This document shows, piece after piece, positions 25,946 through 35,928 of a stretch of 64,000 nucleotides of DNA. The translations under genes were made by a program, and so were the position numbers. This DNA is from a virus. Its lineage: Duplodnaviria; Caudoviricetes. How positions within the stretch are numbered: position 1 is the first letter of the stretch; the number at the start of each line of letters is the position of its first letter. Below the pieces are notes generated by a model. The model was not told where the DNA came from, did not search any database, and saw only the letters and a list, made by a program, of their open reading frames with translations. The DNA lies in IMG/VR virus record IMGVR_UViG_3300037961_002553, positions 4,572-68,571 of that record; one strand, given 5' to 3'.

Positions 25946-27374
25946 TCCTTCTTTGGTTTTGCAGATTCTTGACAAAGATAAACTGGAAGCGAATAGCCTT
26001 GGTTTAGCAAAGGCAAAGAAATGGATGGCTAAAATCTTTGATGTTTTTGATGATGAGATTGATGGATTGATGTATGCTCACGATGATTTGGGCGAAGCAA
26101 TTTATCACCTTGACCCATCAGCAGAAAAGCAACGAAACTTTTCTGTTCAGTATGTTCATCGCATTTTGAACATGAACTGCGGAAAGATTGATTCTAATGA
26201 ATTTTCTATTCTTGAAGAATCAATTTTGGCTATGTCTGCAAATGCACGACGCTGGTTCATTCGCTATATGTTAAGAACACCACGAAACGGAATCAATGAA
26301 GGAACGGTTGCGAAGATTATTGCCAAGCACTACAATAAGAAGCAAGCAGATGTAAAGAAACATTTGAACTTCAATTCAATTGAAACAGTTGTTTCTCATT
26401 ATGTTGCAGGTTCTAATCCTCCATGCAATCTAACATATGGAAAGTTCGTTAAACCAATGCTTGCGAAAGAAGTTCCGATGAATAAGTGGCCGACTAACTT
26501 TGTTGTTGATTACAAATACGATGGAAACCGTTATCAAATTCACATTGATGGAGATAAGACTATGATTTTCAATCGTAAAGGTAAAATCGTAACTCAGCAA
26601 TTCCCCGATGTTGTTGAATTGGTTCAAGAATATGATGTTGAAAATGCGATTCTTGATGGTGAAATCTATCCTATCTTGGAAAATGGCGCACCTGCACCTC
26701 ATAAGCAAATGGGAACAAGGGTTCATTCAAAGAATGTTCAAGAGGCTATGGAAAGGGTCAAGGTTGAATGGGTCATTTTTGATTGTCTCATGTTGAACAA
26801 CGAAACAGTCATGGATTTGTCATACACGGAACGCTTGGAGAAGATGAAAGACTTGCCGAATCAAGCACACCGAATCACCGAGGGCGACATTATGGCCTTT
26901 TACCATGAAGCAATCAACGAAGGGTTTGAAGGAATCATCGTTAAGGATGCAAGCCAACCTTATCAATCAGGAAAACGCTCCGTTTTCTGGGCTAAATACA
27001 AACCTCCGCAGATTAATCTTGATGTTGTTATCCTCTCCGCAAAATACGGGGAAGGTAAGCGGTCAAATGTTTTCGGCACTTACGAATTAGGCGTGAGGGC
27101 TAATAATGGTTATCACAGCGTCGGATGGTGTGGAACAGGCTTCTCGGATAGCGATTTAATCAACCTCACCAACACGCTACGGCGTAATGTTGAATCCTTT
27201 GACAACGGGCGATTCTTTGTTTCGCCTGTTGTTGTTCTTGAAGTTAAGGCTGATTTGGTTAGCCGTGATGAAAAAGGAAACTTGGGTCTAAGGTTCCCAA
27301 GATGTGTCCGTATTCGTGATGATAAATTTGTTGCGGATATTAATACCTTGAATGATGTGGAGAGATTAGAATGA
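25833..27374 (+). CDS. lig: ATP-dependent DNA ligase
   Basis: KPMLA, DYKYDGNR, LDGEI, EGIIVK, WAKYK, LRFPRCVRIRDDK. Confidence 0.95.
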   Translation: MTWENMSRMLQATDQLTPTQQISRISRDLETFTTEKSNPSLVLQILDKDKLEANSLGLAKAKKWMAKIFDVFDDEIDGLMYAHDDLGEAIYHLDPSAEKQRNFSVQYVHRILNMNCGKIDSNEFSILEESILAMSANARRWFIRYMLRTPRNGINEGTVAKIIAKHYNKKQADVKKHLNFNSIETVVSHYVAGSNPPCNLTYGKFVKPMLAKEVPMNKWPTNFVVDYKYDGNRYQIHIDGDKTMIFNRKGKIVTQQFPDVVELVQEYDVENAILDGEIYPILENGAPAPHKQMGTRVHSKNVQEAMERVKVEWVIFDCLMLNNETVMDLSYTERLEKMKDLPNQAHRITEGDIMAFYHEAINEGFEGIIVKDASQPYQSGKRSVFWAKYKPPQINLDVVILSAKYGEGKRSNVFGTYELGVRANNGYHSVGWCGTGFSDSDLINLTNTLRRNVESFDNGRFFVSPVVVLEVKADLVSRDEKGNLGLRFPRCVRIRDDKFVADINTLNDVERLE

Positions 27375-27745
27375 AAGAAGAATCAGCAATATGGAATACA
27401 AAATACTTTGCAGACCAACATGGGCGTTGCAGGAAGATTTCCAAAATGAGCATGAATCAAACAAATGCAGCAATTAGAACTTCATTTACGAGAATGAAAA
27501 CTTCTATGCTACATTTAGAGAGACTCTATCAACGGAGATATGTTTTGAAGCAAGCATTAGGAGAAGAAGATTACATGGTGAGAAACCACAAGCAAAAGAT
27601 TATTCAAAATCTTGGTTTGAAATCGGAACTTGAGAAGAACGAACATATGCAACAGATTCTTCTAACTGCTTTGAGTTTCATTGAAAGTGGAAAAGACATT
27701 TCTTTGATTAAGGCTATTCTTGAACAAGCGAGGGATGATGAATGA
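27371..27745 (+). CDS. hypothetical protein
   Basis: Coupled ORF. Confidence 0.6.
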   Translation: MKEESAIWNTKYFADQHGRCRKISKMSMNQTNAAIRTSFTRMKTSMLHLERLYQRRYVLKQALGEEDYMVRNHKQKIIQNLGLKSELEKNEHMQQILLTALSFIESGKDISLIKAILEQARDDE

Positions 27746-28185
27746 TACAACAAGGAGAAATGACAATTATTGATGCGATTACTTACAGGTGTTTGAAAAT
27801 TGATGATGATGGCTATGCTCATCTAAAAAACATCTTGCATGAACAAGGCCGACCTAAGTTAGTTTTACAGAAGTATTGTCCTTACATTAAGGATAATCAA
27901 ATCATTGTTCCTGAAAAGCCTGCTTATAAGAAACCAAAACCTACCACCAAAATTAATGTAACTCAGTTAATTAAAGAAACAACTGACCTTCAAGTTTCAA
28001 ATGAGGCAAAGTATTTCATTACTCAATGGGTTGAAACAGCGATTGCCAACCTTATTAGCAACGCAGAAGAAAACGCAATTGACAGGGGAGAGTCTCGCTT
28101 AACTGCGGCTCATTTCTTTTGGCTTGAAACAAATACTGCACCTAATGGTTATTGGCCGTCAAATACAGAATATATGCAGGACTGA
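27742..28185 (+). CDS. protein with a C-terminal archaeal histone-like fold
   Basis: QLIKETTDLQVSNEAK...NAEENAIDRGESRLTAAHF parallels HMf-type RIIK..GA.RVS.DA...A...A.HAGRKTIKAEDI. Confidence 0.65.
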   Translation: MIQQGEMTIIDAITYRCLKIDDDGYAHLKNILHEQGRPKLVLQKYCPYIKDNQIIVPEKPAYKKPKPTTKINVTQLIKETTDLQVSNEAKYFITQWVETAIANLISNAEENAIDRGESRLTAAHFFWLETNTAPNGYWPSNTEYMQD

Positions 28186-28190
28186 TACTC

Positions 28191-28586
28191 ATGTATAGTA
28201 AAGATATGTTAATTGGTATCATGCTAACTGCTGGTAAGTTGGATTTTAATATTGAAAGAGCAAGTGATTCTCAAATCGGTTATCGTGTGAGAGTGAAAAT
28301 TATCCTTCGTGCTGAAGAATCATTTCTTAGGGCTGTTGAAAGAACACTTCTTCAACATGAAATCACTTCTTCTTACAAAGAAAAAGAGTCAAAGACAAGA
28401 CCGAAGCCTATTCTAAAGATTGGTGGAATCAAAAATCTGTATAAATTGACAGAATTAGTTCCTGTATTACCTGATGCAAAGGGAGAATGGGGAACATTTA
28501 GAGAACTCGTAGAATTAATTTCAGAGAATAAACATAGAACATCAAGTGGACTTGATAGAATATTTGAATTGAAAGGGGTCATTTAA
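28191..28586 (+). CDS. degenerate single-motif LAGLIDADG-fold protein
   Basis: LIGIMLTAG occupies the motif position; C-terminal FRELVELISENKHRTSSGLDRIFELK is typical of LAGLIDADG_1 proteins. Confidence 0.6.
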   Translation: MYSKDMLIGIMLTAGKLDFNIERASDSQIGYRVRVKIILRAEESFLRAVERTLLQHEITSSYKEKESKTRPKPILKIGGIKNLYKLTELVPVLPDAKGEWGTFRELVELISENKHRTSSGLDRIFELKGVI

Positions 28587-29440
28587 TGGGACTAACAAAT
28601 AGAAATAATGATAATAGAACAATTCTACTAACAGGCAAAACTGGAACTGGAAAATCAACAAAGGCACTTACATTCGTAAATGACCCAATCGTTCTATATG
28701 CAAACGACATTGATTTTGATGTAGGTTCGTTTCCTGTGGAGAACGGAATCGTTATTGAAGATGTGCATTACAAGCCCGATAAGTCAGCGATTTTGCACAT
28801 CATACGCAATTATCGTGGTCAAGTAGTATTGACTTCTATTAACCAAAAGTCTGTTCCCAAAGAAATTAAGGATATGTGTAAAATTAAAAGAGCAGGTTCT
28901 CATAATTTTCTTGAGGAAGAAATCAAAGCAATCGCTCCAAATAGCGAAACTCCTTTCTCTTTAGATAGAGATACTTATTCCATCGTGAATGGTTTTCTTA
29001 AGGAGAGAAATAGAGATTTGGTTGCTGAAATTTTACTGTTTAACAAACCATCAGATACACAGATTTTATCGTGGTTGTCTGAAAATATGCACCCTAATAG
29101 ATTAATTTTTGTTGATGGGAGAGTTAAGCGAAGATGGAGCCAAAGATACTTTTATGAGATGCTTGCCTATTCTCATACAGGTTCTTTTGTGGGACAATTG
29201 AATATGCCAAAAAGAAGAGCATATTCACAAATACCAAAACTAGCAAGAAGGCTTGGAGTTAAGAACCAAAGACTTCTTCCTGCTTTGTTGAAAGATGAAG
29301 CGTTTAAGGAACAGGCAAAAAAGAAACTTAATAATGCCGAATGCCGATTGCTTAAAATCGGTGAGAAGCGGCGAAGAAAGAAAACTACACCTATTGTAAT
29401 AACACAAACATCATTAGGTGATTTTATGAAGGAGGGATAA
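28586..29440 (+). CDS. replication factor C large-subunit-like AAA+ protein (diverged)
   Basis: GKTGTGKST, IVIEDV; C-terminal PCNA-interacting (PIP)-like QTSLGDF; next to rfcS. Confidence 0.65.
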   Translation: MGLTNRNNDNRTILLTGKTGTGKSTKALTFVNDPIVLYANDIDFDVGSFPVENGIVIEDVHYKPDKSAILHIIRNYRGQVVLTSINQKSVPKEIKDMCKIKRAGSHNFLEEEIKAIAPNSETPFSLDRDTYSIVNGFLKERNRDLVAEILLFNKPSDTQILSWLSENMHPNRLIFVDGRVKRRWSQRYFYEMLAYSHTGSFVGQLNMPKRRAYSQIPKLARRLGVKNQRLLPALLKDEAFKEQAKKKLNNAECRLLKIGEKRRRKKTTPIVITQTSLGDFMKEG

Positions 29441-29442
29441 AT

Positions 29443-29670
29443 ATGGGAACTCATGGATTTAGTATGGCTAAAGAAGAAATAATTAAATTGATTAAGAAAG
29501 AGGGGCCAATGCCCACCGAAGAAATCAAGGTGAAAATTGAAAATATTCCTAGACTTAAAAATACTAGAATAACCTCAAATCGTATTGGTCAGCATTTGCG
29601 TAGGATGCCCTTCATTGTTCATGGTGAACAACCAAATGGAACAAAAATATACGCACTAATGGAGGAATAA
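29443..29670 (+). CDS. small winged-helix-like protein
   Basis: IIKLIKKEGPMPTEEI...TSNRIGQHLR. Confidence 0.55.
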   Translation: MGTHGFSMAKEEIIKLIKKEGPMPTEEIKVKIENIPRLKNTRITSNRIGQHLRRMPFIVHGEQPNGTKIYALMEE

Positions 29671-29672
29671 AA

Positions 29673-30581
29673 ATGTTATGGACAGAAAAATATAGACCTA
29701 AAAATTTAAATGAAGTAATTGGACAAGAACACTTTGTATCTGATGCAAGAGGTTGGGTTGAAGAAAACAATATGCCTAATATCTTATTATACGGAAATCC
29801 TGGAAATGGTAAAACAGGCGCAGGATTAGTGATTGGAAGAGAAATCTTGGGTGATTCTTTTCAAGATAATTTTGTTGAAGTGAATGCATCTGATGATAGG
29901 CGATTAGAAAATGTGAGAACTACGATTAAGAATATCGCACAAAGCGGAACAATCGGGGATGCACCATTTAGAATCGTATTATTAGATGAAATGGATGGTA
30001 TGACCACCGATGCCCAAAACGCACTAAAGCGAATCATGGAACGATATGCAAGCAATATTCGTTTTATTATTACCTGCAACGACAGAAATAAGATTATTTT
30101 TGCATTACAAAGTCGGTGTGCAAATTATCATTTTAAGCCACTCTCTAATGAGGCTGTCTTGGAAGTATTGACTTCAATTCTCAAGGCTGAAGAAATAACC
30201 CGATTCTCCCAAGATGAATTGGACTCCTTTATATATGCTATGAATGGTGATATGCGGAGGGCGATTACGGAACTCCAAGCGGCAAAAGCAAGCAATTCCA
30301 CCCTCAAAACGCAAATTGATGCAGGATTGAATGAATACAAAAAATTGTTAATGAAAATTGTTAATAAAGATAACTTCGCATTAAGCACAATACACGATTT
30401 CTTACACAACGGATTTACTATCCGTGAAATCTGTATCGGCTTACACGATGCAGTTATTCAAACTGAATTAGAAAGTAATGTCAAATTCAAAATTTTAAGA
30501 ACCATAGGAGAAAGCGAATGGCGTTCAACCACTATGACTCCAAAGGTTTTAGCATCTTGGCTAGTTAGCCAACTATCATAG
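29673..30581 (+). CDS. rfcS: replication factor C small subunit (clamp loader)
   Basis: WTEKYRP, YGNPGNGKT, NASDDR, LDEMD, LQSRC, GDMRRAI. Confidence 0.95.
   Translation: MLWTEKYRPKNLNEVIGQEHFVSDARGWVEENNMPNILLYGNPGNGKTGAGLVIGREILGDSFQDNFVEVNASDDRRLENVRTTIKNIAQSGTIGDAPFRIVLLDEMDGMTTDAQNALKRIMERYASNIRFIITCNDRNKIIFALQSRCANYHFKPLSNEAVLEVLTSILKAEEITRFSQDELDSFIYAMNGDMRRAITELQAAKASNSTLKTQIDAGLNEYKKLLMKIVNKDNFALSTIHDFLHNGFTIREICIGLHDAVIQTELESNVKFKILRTIGESEWRSTTMTPKVLASWLVSQLS
30221..30235 (+). promoter_or_regulatory. conserved viral promoter GGACTCCTTTATATA (copy 3), inside rfcS and upstream of the SSB-like gene
   Basis: Identical 15-mer. Confidence 0.6.
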
Positions 30582-30606
30582 AATTGAACAAAGAAAAAAA
30601 ATAAAT

Positions 30607-31842
30607 ATGGAAGTGAAAAACATGGACGAAAACATGAAAGCAGAAATTGAAAAGGGCGCACAGGCTATCGGCTTGAGCGTTGAAGAAGCGAAGAACAAGT
30701 TTGAAGAGATTTGTTCCGAAAACAACATTGAAACCACAAACCCTATCGCAAAGGGTCTTTGGCGAAACTTTGTTGCGAATGTAAAGCGAACACAGAATAA
30801 TGATGGTGGTGAACAGAAAGACAACGATTCTTTCTACAAAGCAGCCTTTGGTTTCTTTGTATCGTTAGATGCTCCAAGAGATATGATGGCTTGGAACAGA
30901 ATGAAGGCAAAAGAAGAGTTTATGCGTGATGCTGACAACGCTCTTGAACAGGGTATTGTGGCTATTGCTTCACAGAACGCTCTTGGAAAGTGGGTTGTTT
31001 CCCGCTATCACAACGGAGAATACAACGAAAAGACCATTTCAACTCTCCCTTCGGGTGCAGAAGAAACAGAAGATGGTCGTTTCTTTATCCCATTGGATAA
31101 TACCGCCACTTACATGAATGGTGGTAAAAACAACAATTACGGTAAGCCTCTTCCCGCAGAACAAATGCGACGAAGTGGCGTTTTCTTTGGTTCTGTCGGA
31201 ACGGGAGAAATGAAACCGTATTACTTCTCTTACAAAAATCAAGGCGGAGTGGACTTTGCACCAAATACTTTTGAGTGGGTGCATTTCCTTTGTGTCGCTA
31301 ATGACAATGGGACGGACATTTACGGTGCTAAGGACTTGACTTTCAACAGTCTTTCCCTTAACTCTGAAATGAATCCCGATAATGAACTTTATCGTGATAT
31401 GTCCACCTTTGACTTTGAGGATTGCTTGCGAGAAAACTTTGCATCGCATCTTGTTCCTCTTGTTGATATGGATAAGGCCCACATTGAACGCCAAGCACTT
31501 CCTTCAAAGGAACGCTATGTCATTACAGACGGAACGGTGTGCAATATGAACATGACTCCAACAAAGAACGGAAACAGAATCATCAATCTAACTGACTTGA
31601 ATGCAGAAATGGATTATGATTCTAACGAATCTGGTATTACTACTTGCTGGATTCCTGAGCATTTGACGCTTGACTTTGGTATTGGTTCTTCTGTCGTTGT
31701 TATTGGCCGAACAAGCCAAAGAACAACTGATGAAGGTGTTGAACCAACAACAATCAATGTTGCTGGTCTTTACTGCACAGTTCGTCATGGTTCAGCCGTT
31801 GAGGTTTCTGTTCCCGTTGAAGAGGACTTTGACTGGTTTTGA
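30607..31842 (+). CDS. probable OB-fold ssDNA-binding (RPA-like) protein
   Basis: Replisome context; C-terminal OB-like strands (INLTD...TCWI...VVVIGRT); acidic aromatic tail EEDFDWF. Confidence 0.6.
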   Translation: MEVKNMDENMKAEIEKGAQAIGLSVEEAKNKFEEICSENNIETTNPIAKGLWRNFVANVKRTQNNDGGEQKDNDSFYKAAFGFFVSLDAPRDMMAWNRMKAKEEFMRDADNALEQGIVAIASQNALGKWVVSRYHNGEYNEKTISTLPSGAEETEDGRFFIPLDNTATYMNGGKNNNYGKPLPAEQMRRSGVFFGSVGTGEMKPYYFSYKNQGGVDFAPNTFEWVHFLCVANDNGTDIYGAKDLTFNSLSLNSEMNPDNELYRDMSTFDFEDCLRENFASHLVPLVDMDKAHIERQALPSKERYVITDGTVCNMNMTPTKNGNRIINLTDLNAEMDYDSNESGITTCWIPEHLTLDFGIGSSVVVIGRTSQRTTDEGVEPTTINVAGLYCTVRHGSAVEVSVPVEEDFDWF

Positions 31843-31921
31843 GTAAAACCATCCATTGTGTAGTCGTTGGCGTTAATGACGGCCATAGAGGTGCGAAGCC
31901 TTTCCCTTTGGAGGGAAAAAC

Positions 31922-32173
31922 ATGGATGATATAAAGAACGAAAGATTTTTAATTAAAGAAACAAGTTATCTCGTTGATTTGAAAGATGTAGATTTTATTA
32001 CTTGGAGCGAAAATGAAAGAGACTTAGGTAAGTATTTGGCTAAGTTGCACATTGGTTCTAAGGAAACAAGATATATGTGCCAATCAGCAGAAGATTTGAA
32101 AACTTTACTTCAAACTTGGTCGGAAGTTAAAGGAGAAAAATTAGACCTTGATGTAGATGAATTAACATGGTGA
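31922..32173 (+). CDS. hypothetical protein
   Basis: GGAGG SD. Confidence 0.65.
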   Translation: MDDIKNERFLIKETSYLVDLKDVDFITWSENERDLGKYLAKLHIGSKETRYMCQSAEDLKTLLQTWSEVKGEKLDLDVDELTW

Positions 32174-32177
32174 TAAC

Positions 32178-32999
32178 ATGGGATTAACTAGTAATACAAA
32201 TAAGAAAGCAGTAGAAGAAGGAATGTCTCAAAATGCAAGAGTTATTGCATTTAAAGAGAAATTAGCAAAGCAGACAGAAGGAAGAAAAGCACGAAGCAAC
32301 CGCCTTATTTGCGGCATTTGGGGAGAACCCAAGACTGTTAAAAGCGGTTTGGCTCTTGACTTTCCAGAGAAACAGATTTATGTTCTTGATTGGGACGATG
32401 GTTGCGAACCAACTTGGCGACAAAACCATGAAATGACTGATAGGATTACTCTTTGGAATCCTGAAGTGCGAAACAAAAACGGTGAATTGGATATTCAAAA
32501 GTCGGAAGCAAATTCCGAAGACTTTGTTTTGTTTGTGAAATCAAAGATTGAAGAGGGCGAAGATGTTCTTTTTGTTTTTGATGGAATTGATAAGTGGCTT
32601 GATTGTTGCACATTAAATGTGACTGGCTCTTCAAAAATCGGAAAGCCGCAGAAGATGAAATTTGAATGGGGTAAGAGAAACGCTCCTTTCTATTCTCTTT
32701 TGATGATGTGTAAGAATCTTAACTGCGACCAAATCTACATTACACACGCTAAGGCTGATTATGGTGCAACTGGAGAAGTTATTGGTTCTAAACCAAACTG
32801 GCACAATTGGGGTGATTACCTGTATCAAATTATTACGACGAGAAGGACACGCAAAAAGAATGATGTTGTTTATAAGGCTGAATTACTCAGCAGTAAAACC
32901 AACACCGAATTAGTGGGTAAATCTTGGGAAACATTGACTGTTGGTAGTGGAAAGGTTTCTTGGGAAGGTATGCCTGAATTGCGTGAGGGATTGATTTGA
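32178..32999 (+). CDS. RecA-fold AAA_24/Sak4-like ATPase
   Basis: GIWGEPKTVKS, VLDWDDG, FVFDGID, YITHAK. Confidence 0.7.
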   Translation: MGLTSNTNKKAVEEGMSQNARVIAFKEKLAKQTEGRKARSNRLICGIWGEPKTVKSGLALDFPEKQIYVLDWDDGCEPTWRQNHEMTDRITLWNPEVRNKNGELDIQKSEANSEDFVLFVKSKIEEGEDVLFVFDGIDKWLDCCTLNVTGSSKIGKPQKMKFEWGKRNAPFYSLLMMCKNLNCDQIYITHAKADYGATGEVIGSKPNWHNWGDYLYQIITTRRTRKKNDVVYKAELLSSKTNTELVGKSWETLTVGSGKVSWEGMPELREGLI

Positions 33000-33763
33000 A
33001 GTTCACAATTGATAGTGATACCCTAAAGAAAGCACTAGAAAGCGTTCAAGTGAGAGGCAAAGGAACAACGAATAGTGGGTTTGGCTCAACCAATTTCGGC
33101 ACTTATGCTTATTTGGTGGCTGATACTGCTTCTATTGAAATTTGGAATGGAAACGCTACCTTTTGTGTTAAAATTAGCCTTGATGCTACTGTTGAAGAAC
33201 AGGGTAGGGTTTGTTTTGATAGCGCAACGGTTATTCCCTATTTGAAAAATTTTGGTGGAGAAGATATTACTTTTTCCGTTGGTGATTTTATTGTCATCAA
33301 TTGCGGAACAAAGAAGGCTTCTATTCCTTTGGTAGTCAATCACCCGAATGCTGATGCTATCGCAAGAATCCAAAATATGTTGAATCCAGTTTCATACGAG
33401 ATTCAGCCGCAGACTCTTTTTAACTTTGGTAAATCTAAGTTTGAAGGAGCATTTACTCTTACACAACGGCAATTACAGGATGCAATTAAAGCCTGTGAAT
33501 TAGTCAAAAGTGGAGTGTATAAGTTTGATTTCAATAATGGTTTGTTGAATGTTTCAACCCGCCAAAATGTTACGAACAAATACGAAGAAACAATAACTCC
33601 TGTTTTTACTACGGGAGAACCTGCTACGGTGGAGTTTAGTTCGCCAATCTATGCTTTTTTTGAGAAAAACCAGATTTTGAACTTTTATGTAAAAGATGAT
33701 TTTCCTCTTTTAGTAGTAGCGACTGATAGAATACTGTTGAAAGCACCACATATTTCGGGGTGA
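32996..33763 (+). CDS. DNA sliding clamp (PCNA-like)
   Basis: 255 aa alpha/beta pattern (KFTID..TLKKALE...PLLV...LLKAP) between the clamp loader and PolB; TTG start. Confidence 0.7.
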   Translation: MKFTIDSDTLKKALESVQVRGKGTTNSGFGSTNFGTYAYLVADTASIEIWNGNATFCVKISLDATVEEQGRVCFDSATVIPYLKNFGGEDITFSVGDFIVINCGTKKASIPLVVNHPNADAIARIQNMLNPVSYEIQPQTLFNFGKSKFEGAFTLTQRQLQDAIKACELVKSGVYKFDFNNGLLNVSTRQNVTNKYEETITPVFTTGEPATVEFSSPIYAFFEKNQILNFYVKDDFPLLVVATDRILLKAPHISG

Positions 33764-33769
33764 ATAATA

Positions 33770-35437
33770 ATGATAATTAGTAGAATGAATGATGGAAATA
33801 GAATATATAAATCTTGGAGAGAAAACGGAGAAAAGAAACATGAGATTGTTCCCTTTAGACCTTATTTCTATGTTAAGGAAGATAGTGCAGAACCATTTGA
33901 ATATAGACCTTCTAAATATATTAGTCGGGAGTTTGAGTATATTCGTGGCGATTGGGTTAATCTTAACAACGAGCCGTTGAAGAAGGTAATCGTTGAGACT
34001 TCTCACGATATGCGAAAAGCAAAGGATATGTTCGGTGAAACCTATGAAGCCGATGTTCCTTTTCACTTTCGGTATTGTGTTGATGAGTTAGATGAAATGC
34101 CCGAATATAAAATGCGTAAATGGTATTGGGATATGGAATGGCAACAAGGTGGCGATTATCACGACCAATTGACTACAATTGTTGTTTATGATAACTACGA
34201 TGAGAAATACTATCAATGGTCGTGGTTCCCTGAAGATGAATGGATTCCGAACAAACAACTTCAAGCAACCGATAATTATGAAACATATTTTTCTTTTTCA
34301 GAAAGAACAATGATTGAGTCTTTTATGAACGCTATGATTGTAAAAGACCCCGATATGTTAATTGCTTGGTTTGGTCATTTTGCTGATTTACCAAAGTTAT
34401 TTGAACGAGCGTGTGCGGTGGGTCTTGACCCTCGCATTATTTCACCAACGGCAACAGTCAAGGGAGTTAAGTCTGTAAAAGACGGCTATGAGTTCAAATA
34501 TTCGGAGAAAGGTTTTTCTCCAATTGAACAACCTATTGGTGGGCGAATTACACTTTCTTTGGACTTAGCATTTGAAAGACAATGGAATGATTCTCAAAGA
34601 GGAACATTACCCTCGCTTTCTCTTGATTATATCGGTGAAACAGTTCTTGATAAAAAGAAGTTGGTATCGGAAAAGTTTCCAGACACCAATGAATTTTATC
34701 GCAGGGCTTGGTTAGAAGATACACAAACATACCTCAAATATGCTTTGAGAGATGTTGAATTGATGGTTGAGATTGACGAAACTAATTTTTGTAGTGAAGC
34801 AATTCTTTCTCTTCAACGATTACTGAAAGCACCATTTGATGCTTGTTTTTATGCAAGTCATATGGGTTCTATCTACTTTATGCGAAACGCTTGGTGGAAA
34901 GCACCAACGGGTAGTAAAGTGGATAAAAGAGAAGAATATGAAGGGGCTATGATTTACGACCCATTAAGTGAAGGAACAAACGGATTACATTTAAATGTAG
35001 CCGCCTTTGATTTTGCTGGTCTATACCCTTCAATGATGATTGCTCGCAATATCAGTTGGGAAACTAAATCAGTAGAGCCGACTGAATTTGCAGTTAATAT
35101 TCTTACTCCGAGAGACTTTAGCGAAACAAAACATGAGCAGATGCTCTATTACAAAACGGATAAACTCGGCTTACTACCAAGAGCCGTCCTTGAATTGAAG
35201 GAGTTGCGAAATGAATATAAACGACTGATGCGAGAGGCAAGAGAAACGGACAATGGCGAGTATGCGAAGTGGTATAACAATCAAATGGCAGTTAAGCGTC
35301 TAATGGCTTCTTTTTATGGCATTGTTGCCTTTCAAGGATTTGGTTGGGCTGATGTTGATTTGGCGGCATCTATTACTGCAAGTGCAAGAGAAGCAATTAG
35401 ATTAGCGGCGTTTGCTGCAAAGGAGATGGAAGCATGA
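33770..35437 (+). CDS. polB: family B DNA polymerase, N-terminal part (exonuclease plus motifs A and B)
   Basis: FRPYFY, YEADV, WDME, FDFAGLYPSMM, QMAVKRLMASFYG; ends at ITASAREAI before motif C. Confidence 0.93.
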   Translation: MIISRMNDGNRIYKSWRENGEKKHEIVPFRPYFYVKEDSAEPFEYRPSKYISREFEYIRGDWVNLNNEPLKKVIVETSHDMRKAKDMFGETYEADVPFHFRYCVDELDEMPEYKMRKWYWDMEWQQGGDYHDQLTTIVVYDNYDEKYYQWSWFPEDEWIPNKQLQATDNYETYFSFSERTMIESFMNAMIVKDPDMLIAWFGHFADLPKLFERACAVGLDPRIISPTATVKGVKSVKDGYEFKYSEKGFSPIEQPIGGRITLSLDLAFERQWNDSQRGTLPSLSLDYIGETVLDKKKLVSEKFPDTNEFYRRAWLEDTQTYLKYALRDVELMVEIDETNFCSEAILSLQRLLKAPFDACFYASHMGSIYFMRNAWWKAPTGSKVDKREEYEGAMIYDPLSEGTNGLHLNVAAFDFAGLYPSMMIARNISWETKSVEPTEFAVNILTPRDFSETKHEQMLYYKTDKLGLLPRAVLELKELRNEYKRLMREARETDNGEYAKWYNNQMAVKRLMASFYGIVAFQGFGWADVDLAASITASAREAIRLAAFAAKEMEA

Positions 35438-35643
35438 ACAGTTTTTGTAAAAATTGGATTAATCAAGAAATACCTAATATGCCAGATGGATTTACTGCAT
35501 CACAAATGCACAGCAGGCTATCTAATTTGGGCAAAACTTTAAAATATCTTGAAAATACGACTTGTATTGGGGTTTATCTCAAAAGACACAAAGCCTTAAC
35601 TATGAATGATTCATCGGGAATTAGAACCTATTGGAGGAAATAA
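35434..35643 (+). CDS. small hypothetical protein (winged-helix-like) between the polB halves
   Basis: ATGA overlap with polB-N. Confidence 0.55.
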   Translation: MNSFCKNWINQEIPNMPDGFTASQMHSRLSNLGKTLKYLENTTCIGVYLKRHKALTMNDSSGIRTYWRK

Positions 35644-35645
35644 AT

Positions 35646-35819
35646 ATGAAAACAAAATATATTACAGTTAAACTATCATATGATAGTGAAGAAACTTATG
35701 AAATTACAATGCAAGAAGTCAAAGAGATTTTTCAAATGATGAATAACCTCAAGCGGAACGCCATCATTGTAGATATTGAACAAGGTGTGAATGAAAATGA
35801 TGATGGACAGGACGAATGA
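35646..35819 (+). CDS. small hypothetical protein
   Basis: GGAGG SD before MKTKY. Confidence 0.55.
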   Translation: MKTKYITVKLSYDSEETYEITMQEVKEIFQMMNNLKRNAIIVDIEQGVNENDDGQDE

Positions 35820-35928
35820 ATTATTGGAGGAATTATTGATGATGATTAACAGAAGCAACAAAATTCTAATGATGGTCAATGTGGTTAATATTGCGACAAT
35901 CATTACATTACTGGTGGTGGTATTATGA
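35797..35928 (+). CDS. small membrane protein (43 aa)
   Basis: Hand-translated MMMDRTNELLEELL...IATIITLLVVVL. Confidence 0.5.
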   Translation: MMMDRTNELLEELLMMINRSNKILMMVNVVNIATIITLLVVVL

